From: an uncultured Methanosarcinales archaeon
GTDB lineage: Archaea > Nanobdellota > Nanobdellia > Woesearchaeales > CAYNLP01
Direction of reading: 5' to 3'
Length of the DNA: 64,000 nucleotides
Assembly (NCBI GenBank): GCA_964398115.1
Contig: CAYNLP010000003.1
Location: 1 to 64,000, forward strand
Below, piece after piece: positions 9,088 to 18,232 of the stretch. Made by a program: the position numbers and the translations under genes. The notes below the pieces were generated by a model. It worked only from the letters and a program-made list of their open reading frames with translations. It was not told the origin of the DNA and made no database searches. The number at the start of each line of letters is the position of its first letter. Position 1 is the first letter of the stretch.

Positions 9088-10101
9088 ATGTCTGAGGTTC
9101 TCAAATTCCCGGAAGAATACATTGACGAGTTTGACAGTGAAGATTTACTTTCTGATATTAAAGAGTTACCAACTCAACTCAAGGAAGGATACGACCTCGT
9201 GGAAGACATCACACTGCAAAACCCTAGTAAAGTCATAATTACAGGCATGGGTAGTAGTTTTTCAGCAGGACACCTCTTGAAAAGTTATTTGAGAGAATCA
9301 GGAGTTATGGTTATAGCTAACCAAGATTATTCTTTACCTGAAACCACAGACGGTGATAGTTTGGTGATAGCTATTAGTTATTCTGGCAATACTGAAGAAA
9401 CTGTTTCAGCGTATAGAGAGGCGGTGAGGAAAAAATGCTCCGTGATATCTTTGTCTCGAGGAGGAAAGCTTAGAGATTTGAGTGATATGAACGACACGCC
9501 TTTTGTTAAGCTGCCTAGTGGCTACAAGCCACGCGTCACTTTAGGATACCAAGTGGGTGCTTTACTTGGCGTTTTAGAAGAAGCAGGTATAATAAGGAAT
9601 GCTAAGTCACAGGTTAAGAATGCAAGCAAGGCGTTGAAACTAGACGTATTTGAAGATTATGCGAAGAAAATCTCTGAAAAATTAGAAGGGCGTATTCCTT
9701 TAATATATAGTTCTAAAACTTACTATCCGGTAGGCTATCGATGGCAAAACCAGTTTAATGAGAACAGTAAAATCATTGCACACAGTAATGTTTTTTCTGA
9801 TTTAAACCATAACGAAGTTGAAGGTTTCAGAAATGCCGACCAACAAGGTAGCTTTCAAATTGTGATGTTGCAAAGCCAGGACGACGCTCCCAAGATTAAG
9901 CAAAGGATGAAAACCACTCGTAAAATAGCTCAGGATATCGGCGTTGATGTGACACAAATTGGTATAAAAGGTAATAGTTACTTAACCAGGTTACTTTCTG
10001 GCGTCATGATTGGAGATCTTAGCAGTTATTATCTGGCCTTACGAAACGAGGTTGATCCTTCAGATATTGGAGCGATTGAGAAAGTTAAGAATCAATTATA
10101 A
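9088..10101 (+). CDS. Bifunctional phosphoglucose/phosphomannose isomerase (SIS fold)
   Basis: GMGSS, SYSGNTEET, QFNENSK, LNHNEVEG. Confidence 0.92.
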   Translation: MSEVLKFPEEYIDEFDSEDLLSDIKELPTQLKEGYDLVEDITLQNPSKVIITGMGSSFSAGHLLKSYLRESGVMVIANQDYSLPETTDGDSLVIAISYSGNTEETVSAYREAVRKKCSVISLSRGGKLRDLSDMNDTPFVKLPSGYKPRVTLGYQVGALLGVLEEAGIIRNAKSQVKNASKALKLDVFEDYAKKISEKLEGRIPLIYSSKTYYPVGYRWQNQFNENSKIIAHSNVFSDLNHNEVEGFRNADQQGSFQIVMLQSQDDAPKIKQRMKTTRKIAQDIGVDVTQIGIKGNSYLTRLLSGVMIGDLSSYYLALRNEVDPSDIGAIEKVKNQL

Positions 10102-10139
10102 AATGAAAAGAGAGAAAATAAAAAAGAGTTTTTTGGTTC

Positions 10140-10295
10140 TTATTGGTTCTTAGCTACGCCGCATAGGCCGAGTAGTGTGAATGCAGCGCTGTACCATTGT
10201 ATACCGAACATGTTCCAAGTTGTAAAGTCAGAAATGAGGTACAGCACACCTACGACCAATACTAGCCAGTTAAACCATGCTGGTGCGTCACCCAT
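10140..10295 (-). CDS. 51-aa small membrane protein (not in ORF track)
   Basis: MGDAPAWFNWLVLVVGVLYLISDFTTWNMFGIQWYSAAFTLLGLCGVAKNQ; strong SD GGGGGTGA upstream; TATA-like TTTATATA further upstream. Confidence 0.75.
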   Translation of the reverse strand: MGDAPAWFNWLVLVVGVLYLISDFTTWNMFGIQWYSAAFTLLGLCGVAKNQ

Positions 10296-10390
10296 AAATT
10301 TCACCCCCGTAATAGTATGATACTATCATATTAAATGAATTACTTATATATAAATATTATTACTACCACTGTGCTTTTTCCTATACTGAC

Positions 10391-10537
10391 AACCGAAAAG
10401 TTTAAAAACAGAAAAGCTCATAATTAGTGTTGCATTGGTCAGAATCGTTGGGGGATTCTTAACAGACTAAAAGTATAACTTACACCTATGTTAGATCCCA
10501 ATATTTCATAACGTAACACCCCGGTGAAGAGGAAAAA
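10391..10537 (+). promoter_or_regulatory. tfe promoter (BRE/TATA) and structured ~110-nt 5' leader
   Basis: CCGAAAAG-TTTAAAAA at 10393-10408; complementary segments 10427-33/10513-19, 10435-40/10465-70 and 10441-46/10454-59. Confidence 0.6.
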
Positions 10538-11077
10538 ATGACTGAAACAATAAATGTTCATAAGGAAAAAGAAAGCGCGGAAGTTACCGACGAAATGATA
10601 GACGAAGTAGTCGAAGAACTCGTCGGTGAAGATGCACTTCCAGTGGTGGAATTTCTAAAAGGAAAAGAACACATTTCAGAATTCATAGTCGCAGAAGAGC
10701 TCGATCAAGAAATCCACGAAACCCGAAAGCTTCTCTACAAGCTCCTAGAACACAACATCGTAGAATTCGAAAGAAAAAAAGACAAAGTAAAAGGATGGTA
10801 CATCTGCTACTGGGACTTAAACAAAGAAATGGTCCCATACCTCGTTGAAAAAATTAGAAAAGAAAAACTAGAAAACCTAAGAGAAAGATTAGAAAACGAA
10901 GAAAAAACCAGCTTTTACATGTGCAACAACGCATGTATAAGAATGAGCTTCGAAGAAGCAATGGAATTCGACTTCCAATGTCCAGAATGCGGACAACTAA
11001 TGGAAGAAAAAGACAATTCCAGAACCATAGAATTCTTGAAAGAAAAAATAGAAAAACTAGAAAACAGTCTAGAATAA
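10538..11077 (+). CDS. tfe: Transcription factor E alpha
   Basis: wHTH ISEFIVAEEL...RKLLYKL, KGWYICYW, Zn ribbon CNNAC...FQCPECG. Confidence 0.93.
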   Translation: MTETINVHKEKESAEVTDEMIDEVVEELVGEDALPVVEFLKGKEHISEFIVAEELDQEIHETRKLLYKLLEHNIVEFERKKDKVKGWYICYWDLNKEMVPYLVEKIRKEKLENLRERLENEEKTSFYMCNNACIRMSFEEAMEFDFQCPECGQLMEEKDNSRTIEFLKEKIEKLENSLE

Positions 11078-11115
11078 AGCTTTATAACACCCTTCTACTT
11101 TACCAAACAAACAAT

Positions 11116-11844
11116 ATGGAAATAGCAGAAAAACCTTTCAAAATTTCTGAAAACACGTATATAAAAGACCTCTGCCTATACATAGAAGATTTAAACACTC
11201 TAGTCATAGGAGACGCACACCTAGGATATGAAGAAAGTTTAAACAAGCAAGGTGTATTAATACCCAAATTTCAATTCAAAGAAATAATGGAACGATTAAA
11301 GAAAATAATAGATGACACCAATCCAGAAACTATCATCGTAGTAGGAGACTTAAAACACGAATTCGGCACGATAAGCAACGAAGAATGGAGAGACACCCTA
11401 GACTTTATCGACTTACTGCAAGAAAACGCAGAATTAATACTAATCAAAGGAAACCACGACACCATCTTAGAACCAATTGCAGAGAAGAAAGACGTGGAAA
11501 TACACGACCACTACACAATAGGAGAATACTACTTCTGCCACGGACATAAAATACCCGAAGATTTAGAATTCCAAAACGCTTCCACCATAATCATTGGACA
11601 TGAACACCCCGCCATAGGTTTGAAAGACGGTCCAAGAGTAGAAACCTACAAATGCTTCCTCAAAGGAAAAAACCAAGATAAAGAAATAATAGTACTACCA
11701 AGCCTAAGCACATTGCCAAAAGGAACAGACGTGTTAAAAGAACAAATACAAAGCCCATTCCTCAAAGACTTATCAAATTTCAAAGCATTTATTGTAGAAG
11801 ACGAAGTATACGACTTTGGCAAAATAAAAGAATTGAAAAGTTAA
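11116..11844 (+). CDS. Calcineurin-like metallophosphoesterase
   Basis: DAHLG, GDLKH, GNHD, HGH, GHEHP; real start is probably ATG 11116. Confidence 0.9.
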   Translation: MEIAEKPFKISENTYIKDLCLYIEDLNTLVIGDAHLGYEESLNKQGVLIPKFQFKEIMERLKKIIDDTNPETIIVVGDLKHEFGTISNEEWRDTLDFIDLLQENAELILIKGNHDTILEPIAEKKDVEIHDHYTIGEYYFCHGHKIPEDLEFQNASTIIIGHEHPAIGLKDGPRVETYKCFLKGKNQDKEIIVLPSLSTLPKGTDVLKEQIQSPFLKDLSNFKAFIVEDEVYDFGKIKELKS

Positions 11845-12407
11845 GAATAAGCTTCACGCACCAAATCCGCCTTAGTAACCAAACCCAAAAACTCACCCTT
11901 CTCCTTAACCAAAACTAACGGGAAATGCTTCAACAAAGGCAAGAAAGCACTCTCCGGAGTATTCTTAGAAACAGTAGGCGGAGCAGCCTCCATCACATCC
12001 TCCACCAACAAGTCTTCAACACTCTCATCAAATACATGATCCAACAAACTACTTTCAGTAACCAAACCAACCAGAGAAGAACCATCCAAAACAGGCAACT
12101 GACTAATCTCCCGAGACTTCATCTTCTTAATAACCCTTTCTATATCGTCATCAACCTGACAAAAAACAACATCCTCAACCATTAACTCCTCAGCAACCGG
12201 CTCATTCCTCACCTTAGCATCTTCCAAAACACCCCAAATACTCTCCAACTTAGAATAACTAGGATTAATCCTACCATTCTCAATCTTAGTAATCAAACTC
12301 TGACTAACACCACTAGCTTCCGCCAACTCAGCCTGAGTCAAACCCAAACGCTTCCTAACCCCCCTCACATTCTCCAAATCCAAACCAAAAAAAAAAAAAA
12401 AAAACAA
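11841..12407 (-). CDS. XRE-family HTH plus CBS-pair transcriptional regulator (start uncertain because of a poly-T tract)
   Basis: RKRLGLTQAELAEASGVSQSLITKIENG followed by two CBS motifs (SQLPV, GLVTKADL). Confidence 0.9.
   Translation of the reverse strand: MFFFFFFGLDLENVRGVRKRLGLTQAELAEASGVSQSLITKIENGRINPSYSKLESIWGVLEDAKVRNEPVAEELMVEDVVFCQVDDDIERVIKKMKSREISQLPVLDGSSLVGLVTESSLLDHVFDESVEDLLVEDVMEAAPPTVSKNTPESAFLPLLKHFPLVLVKEKGEFLGLVTKADLVREAYS
12387..12404. repeat. 18-nt A/T homopolymer at the 5' end of the HTH-CBS gene
   Basis: A18 counted on the + strand. Confidence 0.9.
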
Positions 12408-12512
12408 CCATCCCTTAAAAATATTCGTATAAGAATAAAACTGTCAGAAGCGTTTAAATAATAGTAATTAAAACCAGAGATATAGAAAGAAAAAATATAG
12501 GAGGGAATTCAC

Positions 12513-13664
12513 ATGACAAGATACCTAACAAGTGAATCAGTGACAGAAGGACATCCAGACAAAATTTGCGATCAAATAAGCGATGCAGTTCTCGACAACT
12601 TATTGGCACAAGATCCGGACAGTAGAGTAGCGGTTGAGTGCCTAGCCACTACAGGCATTATAATGGTGGCTGGAGAGGTCACAACTAAAGGTTATGCAGA
12701 TGTTCAAAACATTGCAAGAGACACTTTGGAAGAGATTGGATATACAAATCCTGAATATGGAATTGACAACGAGGATGCGGGAGTCCTTGTAAGCATTCAT
12801 GAACAAAGCCCTGACATCGCTCAAGGCGTGGATGAAGGAGAAGATAAAGAACAAGGCGCCGGCGACCAAGGCATGATGTTTGGATACGCGTGTAATGAAA
12901 CACCAGAGCTAATGCCCTTGCCAATAGTGTTGGCGCATAAGCTCACTAGAAGACTCACAGAAGTACGTAAAGAAGGAATCATGGATTACCTTGGACCAGA
13001 TGGTAAAAGCCAAGTCACGATAGAGTACGAGGATGGAGAGCCAGAAAGATTAGAAGCTGTAGTTATATCTACGCAACATGATGAAACTACCGACACTGAA
13101 AAATTAAAACGAGAAGTTAAGGAGAAAGTCATCAAACACGTTTGTGATGATTTAATAGATGATGAAACAAACTTCCATATCAACCCTACAGGTAAGTTCG
13201 TCATAGGAGGACCGGAAGGAGATACTGGACTTACAGGAAGAAAAGTAGTTGTTGACACTTACGGCGGAATCGGACGTGTAGGAGGTGGATGCTTTTCCGG
13301 GAAAGACCCGAGCAAAGTTGATAGAAGTGCAGCCTACGCCGCCCGTTACATTGCAAAGAACGTGGTAGCAGCTGGACTGGCGGAAGAGTGTGAAGTACAG
13401 TTAGATTATGCTATTGGCGTGGCAGAACCTGTCGGTTTTAATGTTGAAACGTTCGGCACAAACAAAATTGACGAGGATGAAATAGTGGATTTGATTAAAG
13501 ATAACTTCGAGTTGAAGCCGAAAGAAATCATTGAAAACCTTGATTTGAAAAGACCGATTTACAAAAAAACTGCTTGTTACGGTCACTTTGGCAGGGAAGA
13601 TTCAGACTTTACGTGGGAAAAGATTGACAAGGCAGAAACATTGAGAGAACAAGCAGGATTATAA
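12513..13664 (+). CDS. metK: S-adenosylmethionine synthetase, bacterial/eukaryal type
   Basis: [33 protein letters not shown]. Confidence 0.97.
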   Translation: MTRYLTSESVTEGHPDKICDQISDAVLDNLLAQDPDSRVAVECLATTGIIMVAGEVTTKGYADVQNIARDTLEEIGYTNPEYGIDNEDAGVLVSIHEQSPDIAQGVDEGEDKEQGAGDQGMMFGYACNETPELMPLPIVLAHKLTRRLTEVRKEGIMDYLGPDGKSQVTIEYEDGEPERLEAVVISTQHDETTDTEKLKREVKEKVIKHVCDDLIDDETNFHINPTGKFVIGGPEGDTGLTGRKVVVDTYGGIGRVGGGCFSGKDPSKVDRSAAYAARYIAKNVVAAGLAEECEVQLDYAIGVAEPVGFNVETFGTNKIDEDEIVDLIKDNFELKPKEIIENLDLKRPIYKKTACYGHFGREDSDFTWEKIDKAETLREQAGL

Positions 13665-14201
13665 TTTTTCTTTTTCTGCTTTTTCACTAACTATCGTTGA
13701 ATTACCTGTGGGGTCTTCTATGCTTATGGTAATGCTGTCACGACCCCAAATACATCGGTTTATCTTTTTAATCTTATTTTTTAACTTATCTCTCTTTTCT
13801 TTATCATCGGAGGCTTCCTTCATATCTTCCAGTACTTCTTTAAACTTATTCAGTAAACCTTCAATATTAGTTATAAAACCGTTTGCGGCTTCTCCTGGTT
13901 CCATGTCTCCTATGTAATGAAATTTTACTTTTGCATTTGCAGACTTCACGACTCGGATGTTAAGATCGTCTTCACTGTCAACCTCGATCTTGTATTTCAC
14001 TCCATCCTTATCTTCTTCTGCTTCTACATCACTCTTTTTGTAACCGCAATTGCCACAGTTCATAGAAAGGATGTGTGTTAGGCCAAAGTAAGGTATTTCT
14101 ACTATAGTTTCTGAAAGGGTGAGTTGGTCTGCATCGCAGAACATACATTTCTCGCCAGTTATTACTTCTTTCTCTCCCTCTTCTAAATCTACTTGATCCA
14201 C
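13659..14201 (-). CDS. ZPR1-related zinc-finger protein
   Basis: CMFC...EIPYFG...[26 protein letters not shown] start at 14201 behind SD AGGTGGGG. Confidence 0.9.
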   Translation of the reverse strand: MDQVDLEEGEKEVITGEKCMFCDADQLTLSETIVEIPYFGLTHILSMNCGNCGYKKSDVEAEEDKDGVKYKIEVDSEDDLNIRVVKSANAKVKFHYIGDMEPGEAANGFITNIEGLLNKFKEVLEDMKEASDDKEKRDKLKNKIKKINRCIWGRDSITISIEDPTGNSTIVSEKAEKEKL

Positions 14202-14226
14202 AATTACCCCACCTGAAAAAAGTTTT

Positions 14227-14613
14227 TTACTCCTGTTCTTCAATATCTTCTGTCTTGTCACTTCGGTCTACTTCTGCGAAGTCAGGAGTTGCAACGATGT
14301 AATCATCGCTGAAACCTGCGATGTCTCCTTCGATTGCGTCACAGGTTTTCTTCAACTTGTTGATAGCTCTTTTGAGTTCAACCATGTCTTTATCCTTTAA
14401 TGGTTGAATGTTTATTAGAGCTATTGTGAATCCTTCTCGTAGGTCGTCTAGAATTGGTTTGATATCTGAGAAGTCTTCAATTACAAAAGGTTTGACTATG
14501 ACTTTTCTTTGAGATTTACTTGACACGTCAGTATCAAGTTCCAAATATTCTTCTTCTCCCTCTGCCATGTCTTCTTCGTAATCTTTCCCTGTTAGTTTAT
14601 CCAAAAATCCCAT
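14227..14613 (-). CDS. sepF: Cell division protein SepF (archaeal type)
   Basis: MGFLDKL amphipathic start; ELKRAINKLK...GDIAG...IVATP. Confidence 0.88.
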   Translation of the reverse strand: MGFLDKLTGKDYEEDMAEGEEEYLELDTDVSSKSQRKVIVKPFVIEDFSDIKPILDDLREGFTIALINIQPLKDKDMVELKRAINKLKKTCDAIEGDIAGFSDDYIVATPDFAEVDRSDKTEDIEEQE

Positions 14614-14675
14614 AAGATTCGCCACTCAATCTTTTGTATTTAGGAATGGAACTCATCAGTATATAAAGCTTTTGG

Positions 14676-14900
14676 TTAGCTCTCTTTCTTAACATGATTT
14701 CTATATTCATCTTTCCCAAAACTGGCTAGTAGTACTAGTAGGACGAAGAGTATCATAGTAGGTGGTAAGTGGCGGATGAGAGGATGACCTGAAATTATAA
14801 ATGCATCCCAAAATGCTATATGTATTCCAATCAATATCGTAACTAGCCATGTCTTGATAAAGTCATCCCAGTATACAAAGAACCTTTCGAACGAATTCAT
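14676..14900 (-). CDS. Small two-TM hypothetical protein
   Basis: 74-aa ORF with two hydrophobic segments filling the intergenic gap. Confidence 0.6.
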   Translation of the reverse strand: MNSFERFFVYWDDFIKTWLVTILIGIHIAFWDAFIISGHPLIRHLPPTMILFVLLVLLASFGKDEYRNHVKKES

Positions 14901-14942
14901 CGTTATAATATGAGAAGAAATGGCTTAAAAACGTTTTCGAAT

Positions 14943-15629
14943 TTACTTATACTGGATATCGAATTGAGGTTTTAATTGTTCGATTAATGATTGAATTGCT
15001 TGTTGTCTCTTTTGCTGTTCCAACCTGCTCACTATCTGTGGTTTTATTTGCTCGTATGGTGGTATTGGTTGTTGTGATGTTTGATTGTATTGTTGGTAGA
15101 AGTTTCTTGCTTCTTGGTCGGTCACGTTCTTTATATCTAGCGCATCTTGCAGATAACTTTGTACTGCGAGTTGTCTTTTATAATTCGATAGTTGGTCTTC
15201 AAAACTTGTGCCTTGGCTTTGTAGTCTCTGCTTTAATTGTTGCAATGTTTGTCCTTGTTGTTGTAGGCTTTCGTTTACTCTCTGTTTCACTTCTCTGTTG
15301 GTTGGTACGAATCCCTCTTGCTTGGCTTTCTGATATAATACTTCTTGATTGATCGCGCTTTCCAGTGCTTGCTGGTCGGAAACGTTTTGTCTTGGACCCG
15401 CTCTTTGCTTGATACTGTTAACTTCTGCTTGGGTTATCTCCGCTCCTTCAACGGTTGCCAAAACCTTGTTTGGATTTACCTGCTGATTGACGTTCTGCTG
15501 GTTCGTCCCGCCAGTATTTGAAAATATTATGAACACTGCGATTGCGGCAACGGCTAAAACTCCAAGAATTATTTGGTTACGTCTGTCTTTCAAGAAATCC
15601 AAGCTTATCTCATCATCTTCATCAGCCAT
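14943..15629 (-). CDS. SurA/PrsA N-terminal-domain membrane-anchored chaperone-like protein
   Basis: TM anchor, VLATVEGAEITQAEV, AINQEVLYQKAKQEG; no parvulin domain recognised. Confidence 0.8.
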   Translation of the reverse strand: MADEDDEISLDFLKDRRNQIILGVLAVAAIAVFIIFSNTGGTNQQNVNQQVNPNKVLATVEGAEITQAEVNSIKQRAGPRQNVSDQQALESAINQEVLYQKAKQEGFVPTNREVKQRVNESLQQQGQTLQQLKQRLQSQGTSFEDQLSNYKRQLAVQSYLQDALDIKNVTDQEARNFYQQYNQTSQQPIPPYEQIKPQIVSRLEQQKRQQAIQSLIEQLKPQFDIQYK

Positions 15630-15703
15630 CGTTAATCCTAAGTGTTGTAAGGCTTGTTTTTAAGTTCTTGGATTTTCTCACATTTAAAAAAGAATTGTTA
15701 TAA

Positions 15704-16732
15704 TTAACTTTGGAATTTTCTCTTAACAGCAGCTTTCGGACCATACCACAACATTTTTGGATTAGATTCTAAACGCCTCTCCATATACGGGATAGCGTCG
15801 CCTTCTTGAATCTCAACAGGTTGATAGAACCGCGCGTCATAACCACTACTTGTAAGCTCATCCGCCAAAACCTTACCTTCCGGCACTCCCCTGATAAATT
15901 GAAATTCAAAACGATCACTTGAATAACCAGCGTTTTCAATATCTTCAACAATTTCATCAAGAACTTTTCTATCATGAGTGGCGATTTGCACGTAAAAACC
16001 CGCTTCGAACAACTCTTGAACTCTTTCCGGCATACGCTTCTTAGCAACTCTTTTAGGCATTCCATGAGGCTCAGGCTCGTTGTAAATACCCGCAACCAAC
16101 CTCACCCTAACATCTTCATGATCCAAACTTGTCTCTCTATCTATAAAGTCAGTGAGATTAAGAACGTCATCTTCAGTATCATACAGGCGTTCCTGCAAGA
16201 CAATACCAAAATTGTCAAATTCTTCAAGCCAAACGTGTTTAGCAGCATCTATTGACCTAGTCCTCCAACGCCTATCCTCCATGTCTTGAGCGACGTTCAC
16301 ACCATGCTCACCGGCATATCTAACCATATCTTCCAAACGCTCTCGATAATCAGCATCCTCTAAGAACACGGTTTCCGCCCTTTCACTAACAGGAGCTAAA
16401 CTAGTAGGCTTAACAGAAATACTCGCTACATCCTCATCTTCATAACTTTCATGAATTTCCGAAATGCCATCCACCAATCTTTTATACGCGTCAAAGTAGC
16501 GATTGCTTTCACTCCAACTAGTTGCAGCCTCTCCCAATATTGCAACGGTAGACCTCCAACCTTTATCCCGCCATTCACTTTCAACCAAGCTTAAACCTTC
16601 CTCCAAGTCGTGACCTGCAAGGTAAGGTTCAGAAAGAGCATCAAAAACTTCTCTGCCAATCCTGAAATCTCTAATGTGCGGAACAACTAAACCATTCAAA
16701 TCTCGAACTTTTTCCTGAACAAAATCTCTCAT
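15704..16732 (-). CDS. Proline dehydrogenase family flavoprotein
   Basis: YLAG, SISVKPTSL, DMED, RLVAGIY, IATHD, FEFQ, YMERRL; start probably ATG 16732. Confidence 0.85.
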   Translation of the reverse strand: MRDFVQEKVRDLNGLVVPHIRDFRIGREVFDALSEPYLAGHDLEEGLSLVESEWRDKGWRSTVAILGEAATSWSESNRYFDAYKRLVDGISEIHESYEDEDVASISVKPTSLAPVSERAETVFLEDADYRERLEDMVRYAGEHGVNVAQDMEDRRWRTRSIDAAKHVWLEEFDNFGIVLQERLYDTEDDVLNLTDFIDRETSLDHEDVRVRLVAGIYNEPEPHGMPKRVAKKRMPERVQELFEAGFYVQIATHDRKVLDEIVEDIENAGYSSDRFEFQFIRGVPEGKVLADELTSSGYDARFYQPVEIQEGDAIPYMERRLESNPKMLWYGPKAAVKRKFQS

Positions 16733-16849
16733 CGGCGAGTCTCCCAAACAACCCACCCTTCTTTTTTCAAAAAGGAATACAAAAGACATATATAAAATTT
16801 ATTGAAACTGCCCCGAACAGGACTTTATGATTTTTTCCTTTCTTAGGCA

Positions 16850-17164
16850 TTAGAGACTTTGGTATCTACCGTATAGATAAGCTAATAAGAATGTGGAAAT
16901 GGTTGTTATTGTTCCAACTCCTGCTATGTTTCCTGCGGTGCTTTGGATTAACCACTCAAAGACATTTTGGTCTTTGTTAGGTATAGCTTCTTTTATATCC
17001 TTAGCTGTTTCAAGACCTTCTTTTGTATTTTCTAGACCTTCCATAGAATTATTTATTACATTCTTGGCTTTTTTACTACCCACATCTTCACCCATCTCTT
17101 GTAGTACAATCATGAAGCTAACAACCATGATTATTGCAAGTACTATTTGAGCAGTTTTGCTCAT
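16850..17164 (-). CDS. Hypothetical membrane protein
   Basis: SD GGGGGT; hydrophobic segments at both ends. Confidence 0.6.
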   Translation of the reverse strand: MSKTAQIVLAIIMVVSFMIVLQEMGEDVGSKKAKNVINNSMEGLENTKEGLETAKDIKEAIPNKDQNVFEWLIQSTAGNIAGVGTITTISTFLLAYLYGRYQSL

Positions 17165-17366
17165 TTTTTACCCCCTGTTTATTCTTTTGTATAAAGTGTA
17201 TAAAAGCTTTATCCAAAAACTTAGTTAGATAGCGTATAGAGTTCATGGATATAACCTTTCTTTTCAACCACTTACCCTATATCCATGAAGCGCTTTGTTT
17301 TCTTTTTCTAATTTTTTAATAACAATTCTATTATAACAATGCCCTTTCAGAAGAAAAAATCCTAAA

Positions 17367-17441
17367 TGCCCCGAACGGGATTTGAACCCGTGTCTTCGCC
17401 TCGAGAGGGCGAAATGATTGGCCGGGCTACACCATCGGGGC
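17367..17441 (-). tRNA. tRNA-Glu(CTC)
   Basis: GCCCCGA acceptor; TCGCC-CT-CTC-GA-GGCGA; TTCAAAT T-loop. Confidence 0.96.
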
Positions 17442-17448
17442 ATAGAAG

Positions 17449-17520
17449 TGGGTCCTACGGGGTTCGAACCCGCGACCACTCGGTTAAGAGCCGAGTGCTC
17501 TACCGCTGAGCTAAGGACCC
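17449..17520 (-). tRNA. tRNA-Lys(CTT)
   Basis: CTCGG-CT-CTT-AA-CCGAG; TTCGAAC T-loop. Confidence 0.96.
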
Positions 17521-17603
17521 TTCTTTAGAAGAGAAATCCGGATTGTGTTTAAAAACTTTTCTCACCCCCTACAGTTTATAAGCACGTAAAACATCGTGAG
17601 AAC

Positions 17604-18020
17604 ATGCCACAAAACGACGGACTCGTACAGAGAATAATTGAAAGACTAAGAATAAAACAAAAAGACAAAATCTACCAAGGACCTTTTTCTAAAAGCCCGA
17701 TTGATTACGAAGATAAAATCAAAAATATGAAACAGGCAAGGTTTAAAGTAAACGCGACTTGTGACGGGAGGACTTTAACACCCAAATCTCCAATCGAAGA
17801 TTCAGGCCAAGAAATCTGGAGTCACGTAGTTAGAACTGCTAAAAGTTACCGACAAGACTGTAAATTTTTAGAAGATGTTCCTCTAAGAGTAAACCACTAT
17901 AGAGAAAACGGTGATGAAATAATAAAACTATCTTATCAAACCAAAGTTCAAAACAAAAAACCTTTCGGCCCAACTACTAATAAGCGAAAACTAGAAATGG
18001 TAGTAGAAGATTTAAGCTAA
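17604..18020 (+). CDS. Hypothetical protein between the two tRNA pairs
   Basis: 138-aa ORF with TATA-like TTTATAAG about 25 nt upstream; no motif recognised. Confidence 0.6.
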   Translation: MPQNDGLVQRIIERLRIKQKDKIYQGPFSKSPIDYEDKIKNMKQARFKVNATCDGRTLTPKSPIEDSGQEIWSHVVRTAKSYRQDCKFLEDVPLRVNHYRENGDEIIKLSYQTKVQNKKPFGPTTNKRKLEMVVEDLS

Positions 18021-18021
18021 G

Positions 18022-18106
18022 CGCCGGGACTGGGATTTGAACCCAGAATGGCACAAAGGCCACCGGTTTTCGAGACCGGCGCACTACCAGATTATGCGAT
18101 CCCGGC
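18022..18106 (-). tRNA. tRNA-Ser(CGA)
   Basis: CCGGT-CT-CGA-AA-ACCGG, long variable arm, G discriminator. Confidence 0.95.
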
Positions 18107-18111
18107 AAAAG

Positions 18112-18186
18112 TGGACTCTCCGGGATTTGAACCCGGGGCTTCCGCCGTGCGAAGGCGACGCTCTAGCCAGACTGAGCTAAGAGCCC
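18112..18186 (-). tRNA. tRNA-Ala(CGC)
   Basis: G3:U70 pair; TCGCC-TT-CGC-AC-GGCGG. Confidence 0.95.
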
Positions 18187-18232
18187 AATTGTAGACGAGA
18201 AAATAAAGAAAGTTTAAAAATATACCTGAAAC

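Noticed and set aside
10921..11115. 65-aa N-terminal extension of the phosphoesterase ORF
   Set aside because: Overlaps tfe in another frame; a TATA-like box and ATG at 11116 give a normal start
14652..14659. CTGATGAG on the minus strand upstream of sepF, resembling a hammerhead core
   Set aside because: No stem II or GAAA partner follows, and it sits right behind the TATA box
17264..17479. 71-aa ORF over the tRNAs (likewise 25727..26129 and 36139..36438)
   Set aside because: Translations of tRNA sequence or antisense to real genes
17367..18186. All four clustered tRNAs have C34 anticodons
   Set aside because: Standard members of the archaeal tRNA set; four genes are too few to claim a pattern
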